Notes: generated from the sequence alone by a model not told the origin. A DNA stretch of 64,000 nucleotides from Ostrea edulis (GCF_947568905.1 NC_079167.1:67890001-67954000); one strand, 5' to 3'; positions 48,868 through 62,713 are shown, numbered from the stretch's first letter. Made by a program: numbers and translations.

Positions 48868-48990
48868 CTAGCCGAATGGCTTAGTAGGTTAGCATGATGA
48901 CTGCTGAACTATAGATTGCACTTTTGAGTCCAGCAGGGGTTTTAAATTTTTTTTTCAGATTGCTTTCTACTAAAACTGCATTTTTTGAGT
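48868..48990 (+). mobile_element. tRNA-derived SINE remnant
   Basis: TGGCTTAGTAGGTTAGCA (A-box-like) and TTTGAGTCC (B-box-like). Confidence 0.4.
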
Positions 48991-49416
48991 AAACTAATTA
49001 TAAAAGTTTTTAATTTCAAAATATTGTTGTACATATCCTCCACTTTTCATCCAAATCAAATTTCTCAGGTAGCATACCTCCTTAATATTTATTTAAACCG
49101 TAATTATAAACTGGGACTTTATCTCATTAACATTAAAACATACACTTTTGCATTGTTTTTAATCGAGTTTGAAAGTTGGTTTCCACCACTCAGATCAACA
49201 CAATACACGGGTCCAAACATCCGCGGTCTGGCCACATAAACATGGGGTGTCAGTTCCTCTGTAGATTGAAAAATTCTCGAGAGGGATGTTGAACAATATA
49301 CAATTAATCAATCCTCTGTAGATACAGGCATTTGCAACAAAGCAACACGAGATGCTCATTGTTCACATGAAAATTGTTGTGACCAGAGGGAGCGTCACAT
49401 CCCCGACAATTATTTG

Positions 49417-49774
49417 TGTACAAGGAAAAAATGCAACAGACCAGACCAGAATTGGAACCAGGGCCCCTTGAATCTCCAGTCAGGTGCTCTACCAACTGAA
49501 CTATCCGACGGCTGGTGATCGAACCCGTCCGACTGACACATTCCTCCCTCCTTAAATGTCTTCACACCTTGAAGACATCAACACAGGGTCTTTATTCCCT
49601 GGCAGGCATCTTCATCCGACAGTTTCAGTGGCTGGTCTATGGCACCAAATATAACAGGAAGGGAGACAATGCAACATACCAGACTGAGATTGGAATCCTG
49701 CCCCCTGATCTAGTTAGGTGCTCGAACAACTGAACCATCTGGCCACTGGTAATCGAACCTGTCTGACCACCACA
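49417..49774 (-). mobile_element. Complete TRIM with tRNA-like LTRs (Helenus-type), 358 bp, 4-bp TSD
   Basis: 5' LTR 49774-49650, PBS TGGTGCCAT 49647-49639, PPT AAGGAGGGAGGAA 49553-49541, 3' LTR 49540-49417 (TG...CA); TTTG at 49413-16 and 49775-78. Confidence 0.85.
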
Positions 49775-49875
49775 TTTGCAAGTTCCAAGGTGACATGACA
49801 TTTTGTAAAATTAATGAACTGGGTAGATTTTCATTTTCTTACACATTTTTATTTGTGACATGAGCATTTATCCTA

Positions 49876-50500
49876 TTTAGCTCACCTGAGCCGAAGGCTT
49901 GAGTGAACTTTTCCAATGAAAAATTTGTCCAGCATCAGTTGTCGGCTTTAACTTTACACATCATCTCAGAACTGCGGGCCCAATTTCAAACTTAGCACAA
50001 ATCATCCTTAGATGAAAGGGGATTCAAGTATCTTCAAATGAAGGGCCATGCCCCCTCAAAGGGGAGATAATCAAGAAAATGCATAAGTTGGGTGGGGTCA
50101 TTTCCAAATCTACTGGGCCAGAAAAGTTGAAATATACATGAAAGCTTCCATATATTTAGTATATTTAAGTTTGTTCAAATTGTGGTCCCCTGGGATAGAG
50201 TAGGGCCACAAAAGGGGATCAAAGTGTTTTATTATTCTTTTAAAATCTTCTCATGAACCACTGGGCCAGAAAAGTGTAAATTTACATGAAACCTTCCTTA
50301 CAGACTCGATTCAAGTTTGTTTAAATCATGGTCCACGGGGGAAGGGTGGGGCCTTGATAGGGGGTGAAAGTTCTACACTCTACTGTACAGGCAAATTGTT
50401 TTAAAAATCTTCTCAAGAACCATTGCACCAGAAAAGTGGAAATTTATAAGAGCCTATTCAAATCATAGTTTCAAGGAGTAGGGTGGGGCCACAAAAGGGG
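49876..50500 (+). mobile_element. 3'-truncated HINE with 166-bp-type units
   Basis: TTTAGCTCACCTGAGCCGAAGGCTTGAGTGA 5' end followed by about 3 degenerate satellite units. Confidence 0.8.
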
Positions 50501-50540
50501 ATCGAAGATTTAAATGGCAATATACAGGAAATTAAACAAT

Positions 50541-50936
50541 TGTGTCTTCGAGGACGAAGGCATTTAAGGAGAGAGGAATGTAGCAGTCAGCCGAGTTCAA
50601 TCGCCAGTAGCCAGATAGTTCAGTTGGTAGAGCACCTGACTGGAGATTCAGGGGGCCCAAGTTTGAATCCCTGTGTGGTTCGTTGCATGTTCTCCCTTCC
50701 TGTTATATTTGGTGCCGTAGATCAGCCCCTGGAACTGACTGATGAAAATATTATGATCCTGGGTTGATTTCTTCAGGTGTGAAGACATTAAAGGAGGGAG
50801 GAATGTGCATGAGAGTCAGTTGGGTTTGATCGCTGGTGGCCAGATAGCCCAGTTGGTAGAGCACCTGACTGGAGATTCAGGGAACCCATTTTCGAATTCC
50901 GTTGTGGTCCATTGCATTTTCTCCCTTCCTGTTACA
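50541..50936 (+). mobile_element. Second tRNA-LTR TRIM, remnant of a tandem array (partial internal region-PPT-LTR-PBS-internal region-PPT-LTR)
   Basis: PPT 50566-78, LTR 50579-50707, PBS TGGTGCCGT 50710-18, PPT 50790-50803, LTR 50804-50936 ending TGTTACA; no TSD. Confidence 0.8.
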
Positions 50937-51576
50937 CATATTTCGTATTCCTAGTGACAAGATCTTTTCTTAGATACCAAAGTTTAACCTTTGTGACCTT
51001 GGAGTTTGACCCACTTGATAAAAAAAGACTTAACCTATTCAATATTTCCTGAACTATTCAGGATAAGGCTTTCGTAATTCGACTAAAGATTCCTTATGAT
51101 AAGGCCTTACATTTTATACACGAGCTTTGGAGTTTGATTTAAATTTCAAAAACTTTATCACAATCTAGCAAGTGATAGGCCTCTCACAGATGTATTCCTT
51201 GTGACAAAACCTTTTTTCGTATCAGTTTCTAATATTGTGAAATTGACCAATTTTTGAGAAAACCTAATATATTAAGTATCTCCCTAAACTCTTTAAAGTA
51301 AGGCTGTCATACATGTATGTTGTAAATAAATTCTTTATGGGAAGATCTTTCATGTGATACCAAGGTATTTGACCTTAACTTACTTTTAAAAAACCCTGAC
51401 CTGTTGAATGCCTCCAATTTAAGGTAGAATTTCATCTTTTAGATTTCTTATTGAAAGTCCTCAATTCATTTCATACCATGATCTGTGACCTTTGAGTTTG
51501 CCCTACTTTTAAGAAAATGTAACCTATTCAATATCTCCTGAACTATTTAAGGAAAGGTTTTTATATTGTATACAAG

Positions 51577-51890
51577 TGTAGCGGACAGTATAAGAGGGAA
51601 CTTATACTAGAGAGCTAGCTTTTCTAGTGATGCGGTAGAGTGTCTCTCTTCATCACGCAATTTAAACAACAGTGAGCGTGATCAGCACTTGGCTGGGTGA
51701 CCGCTACATGTTACAAATTGGTGTCAGCGTAGTGACTCTGGTGTTTGCAGGGAGGCCTGCTTCAGGTAGTCTCTTCAGAGCTCTGGGTACGGATGTGGTT
51801 TCGTCCGGGGACGAAGGGTGGTTGTCGTTGGTAACAGTGGATGCCATGATAAAAAAAATCCTCCACAGAGGTAGGGTAGGTAATAACGGA
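51577..51890 (+). mobile_element. LTR-like unit containing the 5S rRNA internal control region, followed by a tRNA-Leu-type PBS (Cassandra/Ajax-like TRIM, incomplete)
   Basis: TGTAGCGG start at 51577; TCACGCAATTTAAACAAC...CAGCACTTGGCTGGGTGACCGC at about 51653-51704; end TGTTACA at 51715; TGGTGTCAG at 51719-27; purine-rich AGAGGTAGGGTAGG near 51867; no clear second LTR. Confidence 0.55.
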
Positions 51891-53641
51891 CTCATAACCG
51901 TGGCTAGCGATGACATACCATATTATTCTAATGTATGAGCTACAGACGTGGTAGAAAAATGCAAAATTTGTACCATACATACATGTAGCTCATACAGGTT
52001 GTCTTGACCTCCCAAGTTTATTCATTAATCAAATCAATATTTTCGTGTGGTTTACCACCATGTAATGCATGAAATTGTTACAGCTTGTGTGAATGATGTA
52101 AAATCTGCATATTTTGAATTATGCCAAAGTTACTTAAAAGTTAGTTTTTGACTGCAACAAAATGAGAACTTCTCCACTAATTATTTGAGGAGAGAATTCC
52201 CTATTTGTAAAGAGACAAACAAAACAAAAGATAGTTACTACAATTTTATAGAAATATATGAAAAAATTATCACAAAACATAAATACATATATAATTGATA
52301 TATATCTGTGGTGCAATGTATTTTTATCAATCTTAAGAAAATACGCTTGCCCTAACAGATTAATTCCTGGATCATCCTTACTGGGGCATATTTGAAAGAT
52401 TGTGTAGACAGAGGTCAGAAAGTCGTATCATCTTTGACATACATTGTATATGTATTTATGTCTCGCCATAATACAAAATACAAGCCACACTAATTTACTT
52501 TGATTTTGATCATAATTTAATTTAATCATGGAGCATAAAAAAGAAAGCAATTTTAGCAAAAGAATTCTTTTTTTTACATGTATCTTTTGTCCTTGACCCT
52601 ATAACTGACCTTGGATAGGGTGTTATGTTATATAACACCAAAAAGTCCCAATGAAACTTAAGAATAAAGATATTTCAACATATCAGAGATATGACCTAGA
52701 CAAGAAGTATTATCCTCTTTCTCCAAGTGACCTTGATATTGTTTTAATAAATTAATGGGACACAATCATAAGTTCTGAGAAACCTCTGCATCATGTGCGA
52801 CTGTCTACGAGATCTTCATATTCTGCGGTATAGGTGCTACACATTTCCCCAACATTTACTTTGCCTATATGACCTTCAACTAAGGTCAGGACTTACTACG
52901 ATGTCATACGTTGAGATACAAGCATTTTATTTTTCTATGCTACCTATGAAGATAATCCTGTCATCATATACCTCATCAAAACTAACAAATCTGAATAAAC
53001 CGAGTACAGCATGGGTTTACATACACGTAAGGTACAATATTTCTACAAAAATAAACAGCACCAGAGAAAATTTACAGACAAAAATATCTACATGTAGGCA
53101 GACTAGATCTGTGTGCAAGTCTCATGTTGAAGGATGGTGCCAGAAAAATGTATTTCATGATAAAGGAAACCTGAGAAACATGAAATTTTGAAAATACTGC
53201 ATCCATTATGGCGAAACATTATGTATGTAAACTGCATGAGGCACATTGAGTATTCAGTTGCATAATGAACGAGGAAAGTGTAGTGGATATTATACATGTA
53301 TGGGGATAAATAAATTTCTATATTTACATCTCACAAACAATACATGTACAACAATGTTGGCATACATTCCTTAGATTTTGTAGTAAAGTTTTTAAGGTTG
53401 TAAAATTAGTGCTTTTATCGAGAAATAAAATCTATCAAAGCAGCATAGCTTAATTCATTACTCCAAGATAAAGCAATTTGGTACATGTAAACATTTGTGC
53501 ATGGCACTTCCCATTTAACTCTGTTAACAATTAAGGAATTAATAATGCCATTAACATCATACACCATGAAAGGTTGTGCATGCATCAAAATCTTGCACGG
53601 CCAACAATAACAACAAATTTATGAATTGTGAAATAAGAATT

Positions 53642-55615
53642 TTAAGCATTGTCAGCAAACTCCAGCATTTTCAAGATGGTCGCCACTTCTCTGAAGGACT
53701 CTGAATCTCTGCCAAGCTCATCATGACAGCAGTTCACGGTGTGAACAGTCACCTTTCCATTCGAGAACTGAAAATTTATCAAATCAATGAAAGTGGTAAA
53801 AAGTTTGACATAATAGCTTTGGGAATAGTCTAAATTAGAAACTTTTTGAATAGTTTTGTATGAACATGAATGTTTCTGATTTTAACTGCAGCTGTCGCTT
53901 TTCTCCAAGTTATTTTGAACATATGTTAAAAGTTCAACCTATTTCTTAGCGTTGTTTTCTACAGCAATGTTCCAGGCAGAACCTACATTGTACCATTAAA
54001 TGGAAATGGACCTGTTCTAAAGACTAATAACCTTATAAATTACCCATAAAATGTCTTGTATCAATGGAAGGATAGAGACTATTAGAGGATCAGACAGTTA
54101 CTAATTATGGACTACAGAAGTGTAACAGAACACTGACTATGAAGTACACCCTCTCCAACTTTAAACAAAAGAATCTCACCTCACTCCATTTGTAGTCATT
54201 ACTTTTCTGACAAAATTCAAACTCCGATTTTTGTGGTCGAATAAGAATGACATCCGAGTCTATGGTGGGGCTCTGGTTCTGGATGGAATTCAGGGCCCTT
54301 TTGTGGTAGTTCTGCAGCATGTAAAGCACATCTGGAGCACTGCAAGCCACACCTTCATCCATTACACCATAGACAGTCTGTTTCAATTTCTCATCCAATG
54401 AATTCTCCATTTGGTATGCCTGTCCAAAATTTAAAGAAAGTGATATTTCCAAGTTCATTCTTCTATTGGTCTTTCTTTCAAATAGCAAGCAGAGCAAGTA
54501 GCCTAAAGAACCACAGCTCAACCACTCTTGTATTGAGCTCTACAGATTAGGATAGAGAAAATTCAAGTCTACACATATGTCCACTGAACTTTCAGCATCT
54601 AAAAAACAAAACCCCCACAATCCTAATGACCATTCTCTTTGATCTCGCAAAGCCATATCTCAATGATTTAAGATTATGACTTTACATAGATGCTTAGGTT
54701 TTGTGAATGGTCCCCTACACAATGCAATGCACTGAAGCCATGTTGGATGCACAGAGAGAGGGAAGGGACGGTGAGTAACCCCCCAATCCACCCCACCCCT
54801 GAGTTTCGTAAAAATTGAATATATTTGCTTATTCTTATGAGAATTTTAGTTTTAAAATACTAACTAAGTGTTATTCTTGAGAACAGAATGGGAAAACTTG
54901 CACGAGGTGAACCCCCGTCTGGTAAAAAAATGTGTGGTCTCTCTAATGTATACACACCTGCGCTCACTCTAACGGTATAGCACAGTCAACATACTATAAA
55001 CATACTGCTAGGATATCTCAACAATTCAAAATTTACATCAAGAAAATATCTGTATCAGCTGAACAATGCATATTTTCTAAATATAATTCCTCAACTGTAA
55101 GAAGCATAATTTGTATTCTGTGTTTAACCTACATATGTATCAACTCCAATGTGTTGATGGAAGCTCTTTAGAATGACATCATCACACACACTTGTGTCCA
55201 GCCCTCTCAGCTCCCTCAGTGTTTGTCCTCCCAGACTGGTCAGAATCTCTGGACTACTGTCTACGGCCACTACCTTACAGACGGAGGATTTCCAATACGT
55301 CTCGACGTTCTGTACAATGTGTAAAGCCAGGAGAGAACCAAAGGACAAACCAAGTAGATAGCACCCCTTCTCCAGCAGAGGGGCCAATTTCTGCAAGATG
55401 CATCAGTCATTTCACATACAGGACCACTTCTATATTATGTATCAGCGACTTGTTGACTTTATACATTGTTTTGTTTACCTTGGTGTAGAATCCGGCCATG
55501 GCTCTGATGGAAACCAGAGGTGTTGTAGGGATACACTGCACTCCATACAGTGGGTTGTCTAAAAACTGTCCGAGTAGTTTCCAGGATCCAAAAGAACCTT
55601 TCAAAGACAAGAAAT

Positions 55616-55665
<50 letters not shown>

Positions 55666-55854
55666 GAAGATGGCCAAGGTCACAAGGGCAAATATCTTGG
55701 TACCAGTAGAAAGATCTTGTCAAAAGAAATGCTCATGTACAATATGAAAGCTCTAATATTTACCATTTAGAAGTTATGACCAATGTAAAAAAATAAATAA
55801 AAGTAGGTAAAATGTCAAGGTCAAAAGGTTCAATACCAACGGAAAGGTCTTGTA

Positions 55855-55888
<34 letters not shown>

Positions 55889-55896
55889 TCTCTTAT

Positions 55897-55962
<66 letters not shown>

Positions 55963-55998
55963 GGGGTCAAAAATGTTGGTACCCGCGGAAAGGTCTTG

Positions 55999-56034
<36 letters not shown>

Positions 56035-56042
56035 TCTCTTAA

Positions 56043-56077
<35 letters not shown>

Positions 56078-56093
56078 CAGAATGACAGAATTG

Positions 56094-56142
<49 letters not shown>

Positions 56143-59100
56143 AGGGGCATAAAAAGTATTAAAATGAATTCCTATCATGAACATTTCGAAAAACAAAATA
56201 TTTGACAGTAATCACATTTTGGTAGCTGTATTATATTGCTGCTACTGAACTTACCATCCAAATCATGTAGAATGATCACGGGACTTTTATCCTGTTGCCC
56301 TGAAGAGAGTTGAACTAAGCAATCTTGAGGAACAGTGAACCAGCTTGTTTTTTCTGCCTCTGCCTGCATATTGGCATTATCATCCTTCACTTCATCAATG
56401 TTGGTATCAGTTGAGGTTTTTCTTTCACTCCTCTCCTCTGACATATCTCTGATTTTCTGGACAGTGAGTTTCATGAGATCTGAGAGGGACAGATCAATGT
56501 TGAACTGACTCTTCATGATTTGCTGGATTTCTATTTCCAGTAATGAATCCGTACATAGCTCTAGAAGGGTGGATTCAGGTCTTAAAGCAGCAGAGTCTTG
56601 CAGACCTTGAAGTAAAGGAATCTGTGTTTAAATTGCAACATAAACATTTATTTACCATGATTTCTGACATTCCCTAGAATGAACATACAAAATCCCCATT
56701 CAATTGTCTTCTGGAAAATAACTGTTTCTTGTTTATGTCAAATATTATTCTCCAACAAAGGCAAAATCCTGTAATGTTTGATATATGACCTCAACCTGTA
56801 AAGCTTTGACCTTATTGATCTTGTAGTGAATTAAGACATATTAAAGTGTTTATTTTGTATTGTTCAGAAAGTTTTCTTCAGATATTTTACCCAGAACTTT
56901 CACTATGTGCTCCATCAATGTCTGCTGCTTTTCAAGTGTTCCTGTCGTCATGGATGCCGAGGCTGAAACAAAACTGGACACAACTGGTTTAGACTGGCAG
57001 AGGAACTGGTCGAGGGAATCCAGACATGATGACATTCTCTGTGGTAAGGTCCTGCCGACTGCTGTCACCTTGTCCCCAAATTTCTTTACTGCCACACCCA
57101 CGTCTCCTATCATTCCCCACTGAATGGCTAGAGCTGAAAGGGGTTCATGAAATATCCTTAAACACACTGCATATATTCACAATTTTGTCAAACTAGGTAA
57201 ATATATCCAAAATGCATACAAAGGTTTTATTCACAGCATGCTTGCTCCTCCTTGAAAACCATTTTGCATAACTTTCCTTCTCTTCCTTGGAGCTTCATCT
57301 CTAAAGACTCCCAACCAGAGCAGGGTTCAGAGCTTAATTTTCTGCCTTATATACACCCCTCTAGTAAACATTATTGATATGGTTTTTTTTTCCAGAGTGC
57401 ATCTGTAGCAAAACTTACCTGGGAATCCAGCTGCCTGTCTCTGTTCACAAATTCTTTCCATTAAGGAGTTAGCATAACCATAGTTGGTTTGTCCAGCATT
57501 CCCTCTGCCACTGGCCACTGAGGAGAAAACAGTAAACCACTCCAGGTCTCTACACAGGGTTCTACTCCAATTGTCCAGATGGACAATGCCTACCACTTTA
57601 GGGCCAAGGACCTCTTTGAAAGTTTCATTTGATTGGTTTTTAAGCATCCCATCCTGCAGAACCTAAACGAATAATTCAAAACAGAAGATTTGTGATACAC
57701 AATATCAATATACTTCAAAGGAATGAAGAATTTACACGGTAGTCAGTACACACATGTAAAACTTTCTATTGGCCAGCCTACAACAGACACAAGACAATGA
57801 ACCTTGAAAGAGAATTATTGCCAAAACATTAACTAACCATTGCAAGGTGGAAAATTCCTCCAACAGGACCTTGTTCAATTGCTTCTTCCATGAGACGTCG
57901 ACAGCCTCCCTCTGAGGTGATGTCCTCTGTTGACAAACACACCTTAATCTTTTGCTCTCGTAGGAATTTAACTTTCCTTGCCTGGTACCCATTCTTGATT
58001 CCAGATCTGGATGAAAGAACCAGTTTCCTGGCTCCCTTGTCTACAAGCCAGGTGGCCAGTTCCAAACCGAATCCACCCAGTCCTCCTGTGATGATGTAAA
58101 CTTTGTCCGGATTGCACTTGGATGTGATTTTTACTGTTTTGGCTATAGGGGCAGTTTGATTGACAACCTGGTCTTCTTCATTACGAATCTTATTAGAAAA
58201 GTTATCAAGAATTTCTCAATTAAAGAAAGGTACTCTTTAAGTTCATGACATCTTTTGGTATCAAATAAGAAATACTATTTGAAATACAATAGATCATTGC
58301 ACTAAATTTTCTAAATGCAGTGTTATATACTATTTGACTGAAATGGAACTTGATTTCACAAGGGAACTAATCTGTAAACTAGCTACCTTGATGACAATTT
58401 TGGAGTGGTGTCCTTTCATTAACACCAGGTCTTCCAGAGCTCTTTGTATGTCGTTACACTGGAAGCAGTGGTTAGGGATGGGTCTGTAAGCTCCAGTCTG
58501 TATCCCACTAGACAACTCTTCCCATATCACATCAAAGTCCCCCTGCTTTATGTCTGCCAAATTCCACTTCTGGTGCTCCATGTAAGTACTAATTCTGATC
58601 AAGTCTGCATGAAAATCACTTATTTAAATAGTGCAGTGGTCTTGTGACCAAGGTTGTATAGAATAACAAGAGGCTCATGGGCACTAACAGTCACCTGAGA
58701 ATCACATATTTCTAACTTTTTTATCATTGACCTTGATCTTGCTGAATTGAACATGGTTTAGTGTCCAAATGCACTGTCTTGCCAAATTGAGCAACCATAA
58801 TGCCAAAATAAGCTTCTAATATGTCTCTTCCATTCAAAGTCATGACCTAGAATAGATATTCCTAACAGTTTTATTAGTTACCATGACCTTGTGTAACTTT
58901 ACTCCAAGGTCATGACATTGTTTACTTACAAACCCTGAAGTATGCTCATACACCTCCAACATGTTCATTTCATGCAAACACTTCAGCATTTTGTGCAAAT
59001 TATTCAGAATTCTGTGCAAACTGTTTTGCATTACATGCAAACCATTCCAGGATTGTTTTCGGTCTGTACAAGCAACCTTTGCACTAGTGATCCACTTCTA

Positions 59101-62100
59101 ATATCCTACAGTTGCAAAGTTATGACCAAGAGAAATGTTAAAATTTATCCATGTCCTTCACCTTGGCCAAATGACACTGGTCCATTCATGATACATGGTG
59201 TGGTCTTTGTACCAAGTAAAGTCTACAGTTATGACCCTGACAACTTCCTGTTGGTTTACATGAAACTTCACCCAAATATCATTGATTTAGGACCAGGAAT
59301 CATTGTACCAGGGTAAGCTTATTAGAAATCTTTGTGCCAAATATTACCTTTTAATGCCTCTCCATTGCAAGTCATAGAATGATAAACATTTTGATAATTT
59401 TTTTTTTCCAATGTCCTTGACCTCAGCTAAACAAATATGGTTCAGCCACCACACATTATAGTTATAAGCTATCTTTGTGTCAAGTATGATCTTGTAATGT
59501 CTTTCCATTGCTTAGTTATGGCCTGTAACAACATATCTAACATTTTTGCCAATTATCTTGAGAAGCTTGGCTAAATTACCCTGACCCTGGTACATGACAT
59601 ATTATCTGGTCACAGCCAATTATGTGCCAAGCATTAACTTCTAAAGTCTCTCCTTTACAAAGTACTGAAATATTTCTCTCATGACCTCAACCTTGGTTCA
59701 GGGTCATGAAACATGGTCTGATCATACATAGTCTGTGTGCTCTGTACAAGCTTCTGATATCTCTTATAAATTTACAGCCCACTGACGTTGTCTGTATAAC
59801 AAAAGGACAGAAGACATATTGATTTTATTAGACAATGTTCAAACTCTGTTGTGGCATCTAGCTTGTTTAGGAGTAAAGATTATTTTCAAAATGTAATGCA
59901 TTTTCACTAAATGAGCCTTGTGACAGCCCTTTGAACCAAGGGTCATGAATTTCATAATTCTAGTAGAAGCTAGCTCCATGTCCATCATAACTATGCACCC
60001 ATTTAATGTGCTAGATGTGCAGGAGTAGACTCTCAGAGATTCAAGGTAATTTCACTATATACATGTAATCCACATAGACAAAACTCTTGGACTTGAACCC
60101 TGTCCCATGAGCCACGACTTTCACACTGTTGGTGGTGGTCTTTTTACACATCAAGACTATGCACAATTTCTCTGCTACATGCTTTAAACTGTGTTTTAAT
60201 ATTAGTGTTGTTCCTGCCCTGCATCGTAAATGGAGCACAAACTCCTACCCCATAGATGCTACATGCCAAATTTGGTTCAATAGTATCTGAACAAATTACA
60301 AATGTTAAAATGTTCCGGGCACAACAAAGAACAAAACACAACAGGTCACATAACAATACTAGAGTAATCTAAAAACAGGCTATCCAAGTGACTAAGGTGA
60401 CCTAAAAACAGGATATCCAAGTGACTAAGGTGACCTAAAAATGTACAAGAACATTATATTTGAAGAAATCAGTCTGATTTATCTATTAAAGGAATAAATA
60501 GCTTTGACCTCTTACTTTTCTGGAACTTGTTTTGAGTGAAATCTATCACTTTTCCACCAGGAGACAAAACACCACTGTCAAATATTGAAGAGTTGACCAT
60601 TGTTGTCTTCACTACAAGATCAACACCTGGACAACAATTAAAAATCCTTATGTCAAACTTTTATTTCATATACACAAAATCTATCAAATAAACAATAAAC
60701 AACAAGAGATGTTTGTAAAGCAAATATGCCCCCCATGGAGCAAAATTAAAAAAGGTTATACACAGTATGCATCATTTAATTGATAGTAGTATCATCAATT
60801 CAAGATATTGAGCAGACAATATCTTCCTATGTCCAGAGTGGATTGACCATGTGACCTAAAAATCAATAGGGGTCATCTACTCCTTATGTTGTACCAGTGT
60901 ACCAAGTTTGGTGTCAATCAAGCAAATAATTCTTACAATATAGAAGACAATATATTGCTATGTCCAGTTTAACCCTTGACCTTTGACCATGTGACCTAAA
61001 AATCAATAGGAGACATCTACACCTTAGGATGTACCAGTGTACCAAGTTTGATGTCTGTCAAGCAAAGGATTCTCAAGATATTGAGTGGACAGGATATTCC
61101 TATGTCCAGAGTAAATCGACCCTCGACCTGAAAAACAAGAGGCCCGTGGGCCACATCGCTCACCTGAGTCACCTTGGTCCCTTATTATCAGAAGATTTTC
61201 CATATCTATTTGCATGTAAAACCGTAGTCCCTATTATGGCCCCAAACCTTCCCCTGGAGGCCATGGTTTTTGCAAACTTGAATCTACACTATGTCAGAAA
61301 GCTTTCATGTAAATGTGAACTTCTTTGGCCTAATGGTTCTTGAGAAGAAGATTTTTAAAAATTTTCCCTATATATTTGTATGTAAAACTTTGATGCCCCC
61401 CTTGAGGCCCCATCCAATCCCCGGGGTCCATGATTTTAACAAACTTGAATCTGCACTATATCAACAACAACAAAAAACAACGAAAAAAAAAACAACAAAA
61501 AAAACACTTTGACCCCTATTGTGGCCCCATCCGATCCCCGGGGGCCATGATTTTGACAATTTAGAATCTGTACTATATCAGGAAGCTTTCATATAAATCT
61601 CAGCTTTTCTGGCATAGTGGTTCTTGGGAAAAAGATTTTTAAAGATTTTTCCTATATATTTGTATGTAAAACTTTGATCCCCTATTGTGGCCCCATCCGA
61701 CCCCCGGGGGCCATGATCTTAACAATTTATAATCTGCACTATATCAGGAAGCTTTCATATAAATCTCAGCTTTTCTGGCTCAGTGGTTCTTGGGAAGAAG
61801 ATTTTTAAAGATTTTTCCTATATATTTTTATGTAAAACTTTGACCCCCTATTGTGGCCCCATCCGACCCCCGGGGGCCGTGATTTTAACAATTTAGAATC
61901 TGCATTATATAAGGAAGCTTTCATATAAATCTCAGCTTTTCTGGCTCAGTGGTTCTTGAGAAGAAGATTTTTAAAGATTTTCCCTATATATTTGTATGTA
62001 AAACTTTGATCCCCTATTGTGGCCCCATCCGACCCCCGGGGGCCATGATTTTAACAATTTAGAATCTGCATTATATAAGGAAGCTTTCATATAAATCTCA

Positions 62101-62668
62101 GCTTTTCTGGCTCAGTGGTTCTTGAGAAGAAGATTTTTAAAGATTTTCCCTATATATTTGTATGTAAAACTTTGATCCCCTATTGTGGCCCCATCCGACC
62201 CCCGGGGGCCATGATTTTAACAATTTAGAATCTGCATTATATAAGGAAGCTTTCATATAAATCTCAGCTTTCCTGGCTCAGTGGTTCTTGAGAAGAAGAT
62301 TTTTAAAGATTTTTCCTATATATTTGTATGTAAAACTTTGATCCCTTATTGTGGCCCCATCTGACCCCCGGGGGCCATGATTTTAACAATTTAGAATCTA
62401 CATTATATAAGGAAGCTTTCATATAAATTTCATCTTTTCTGGCCCAGTGGTTCTTGAGAAGAAGATTTTTTAATGACCCTACCCTATTTTTACCTTTTCT
62501 TGATTATCTCCCCTTGGAAGGTGGCCTGGCCCTTTATTTTAACAATTTAGAATTCCATTTACCTAAGGATGGTTTGTGCCAACTTTGGTTGAAATTGGCC
62601 CAGTGGTTGTTGAGAAGAAGTTGAAAATGTGAAAAGTTTACAGACGGACGGACGGATGCCGGAATACG

Positions 62669-62713
<45 letters not shown>

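Noticed and set aside
50609-50682. Functional tRNA gene (also near 38340, 49440, 49680 and 50838)
   Set aside because: 8-nt anticodon loop, mismatched acceptor and T stems, no oligo-T terminator, and each copy lies inside an LTR.
51640-51710. 5S rRNA gene
   Set aside because: Only the internal control region resembles 5S; the 5' part and the 3' end with terminator are missing.
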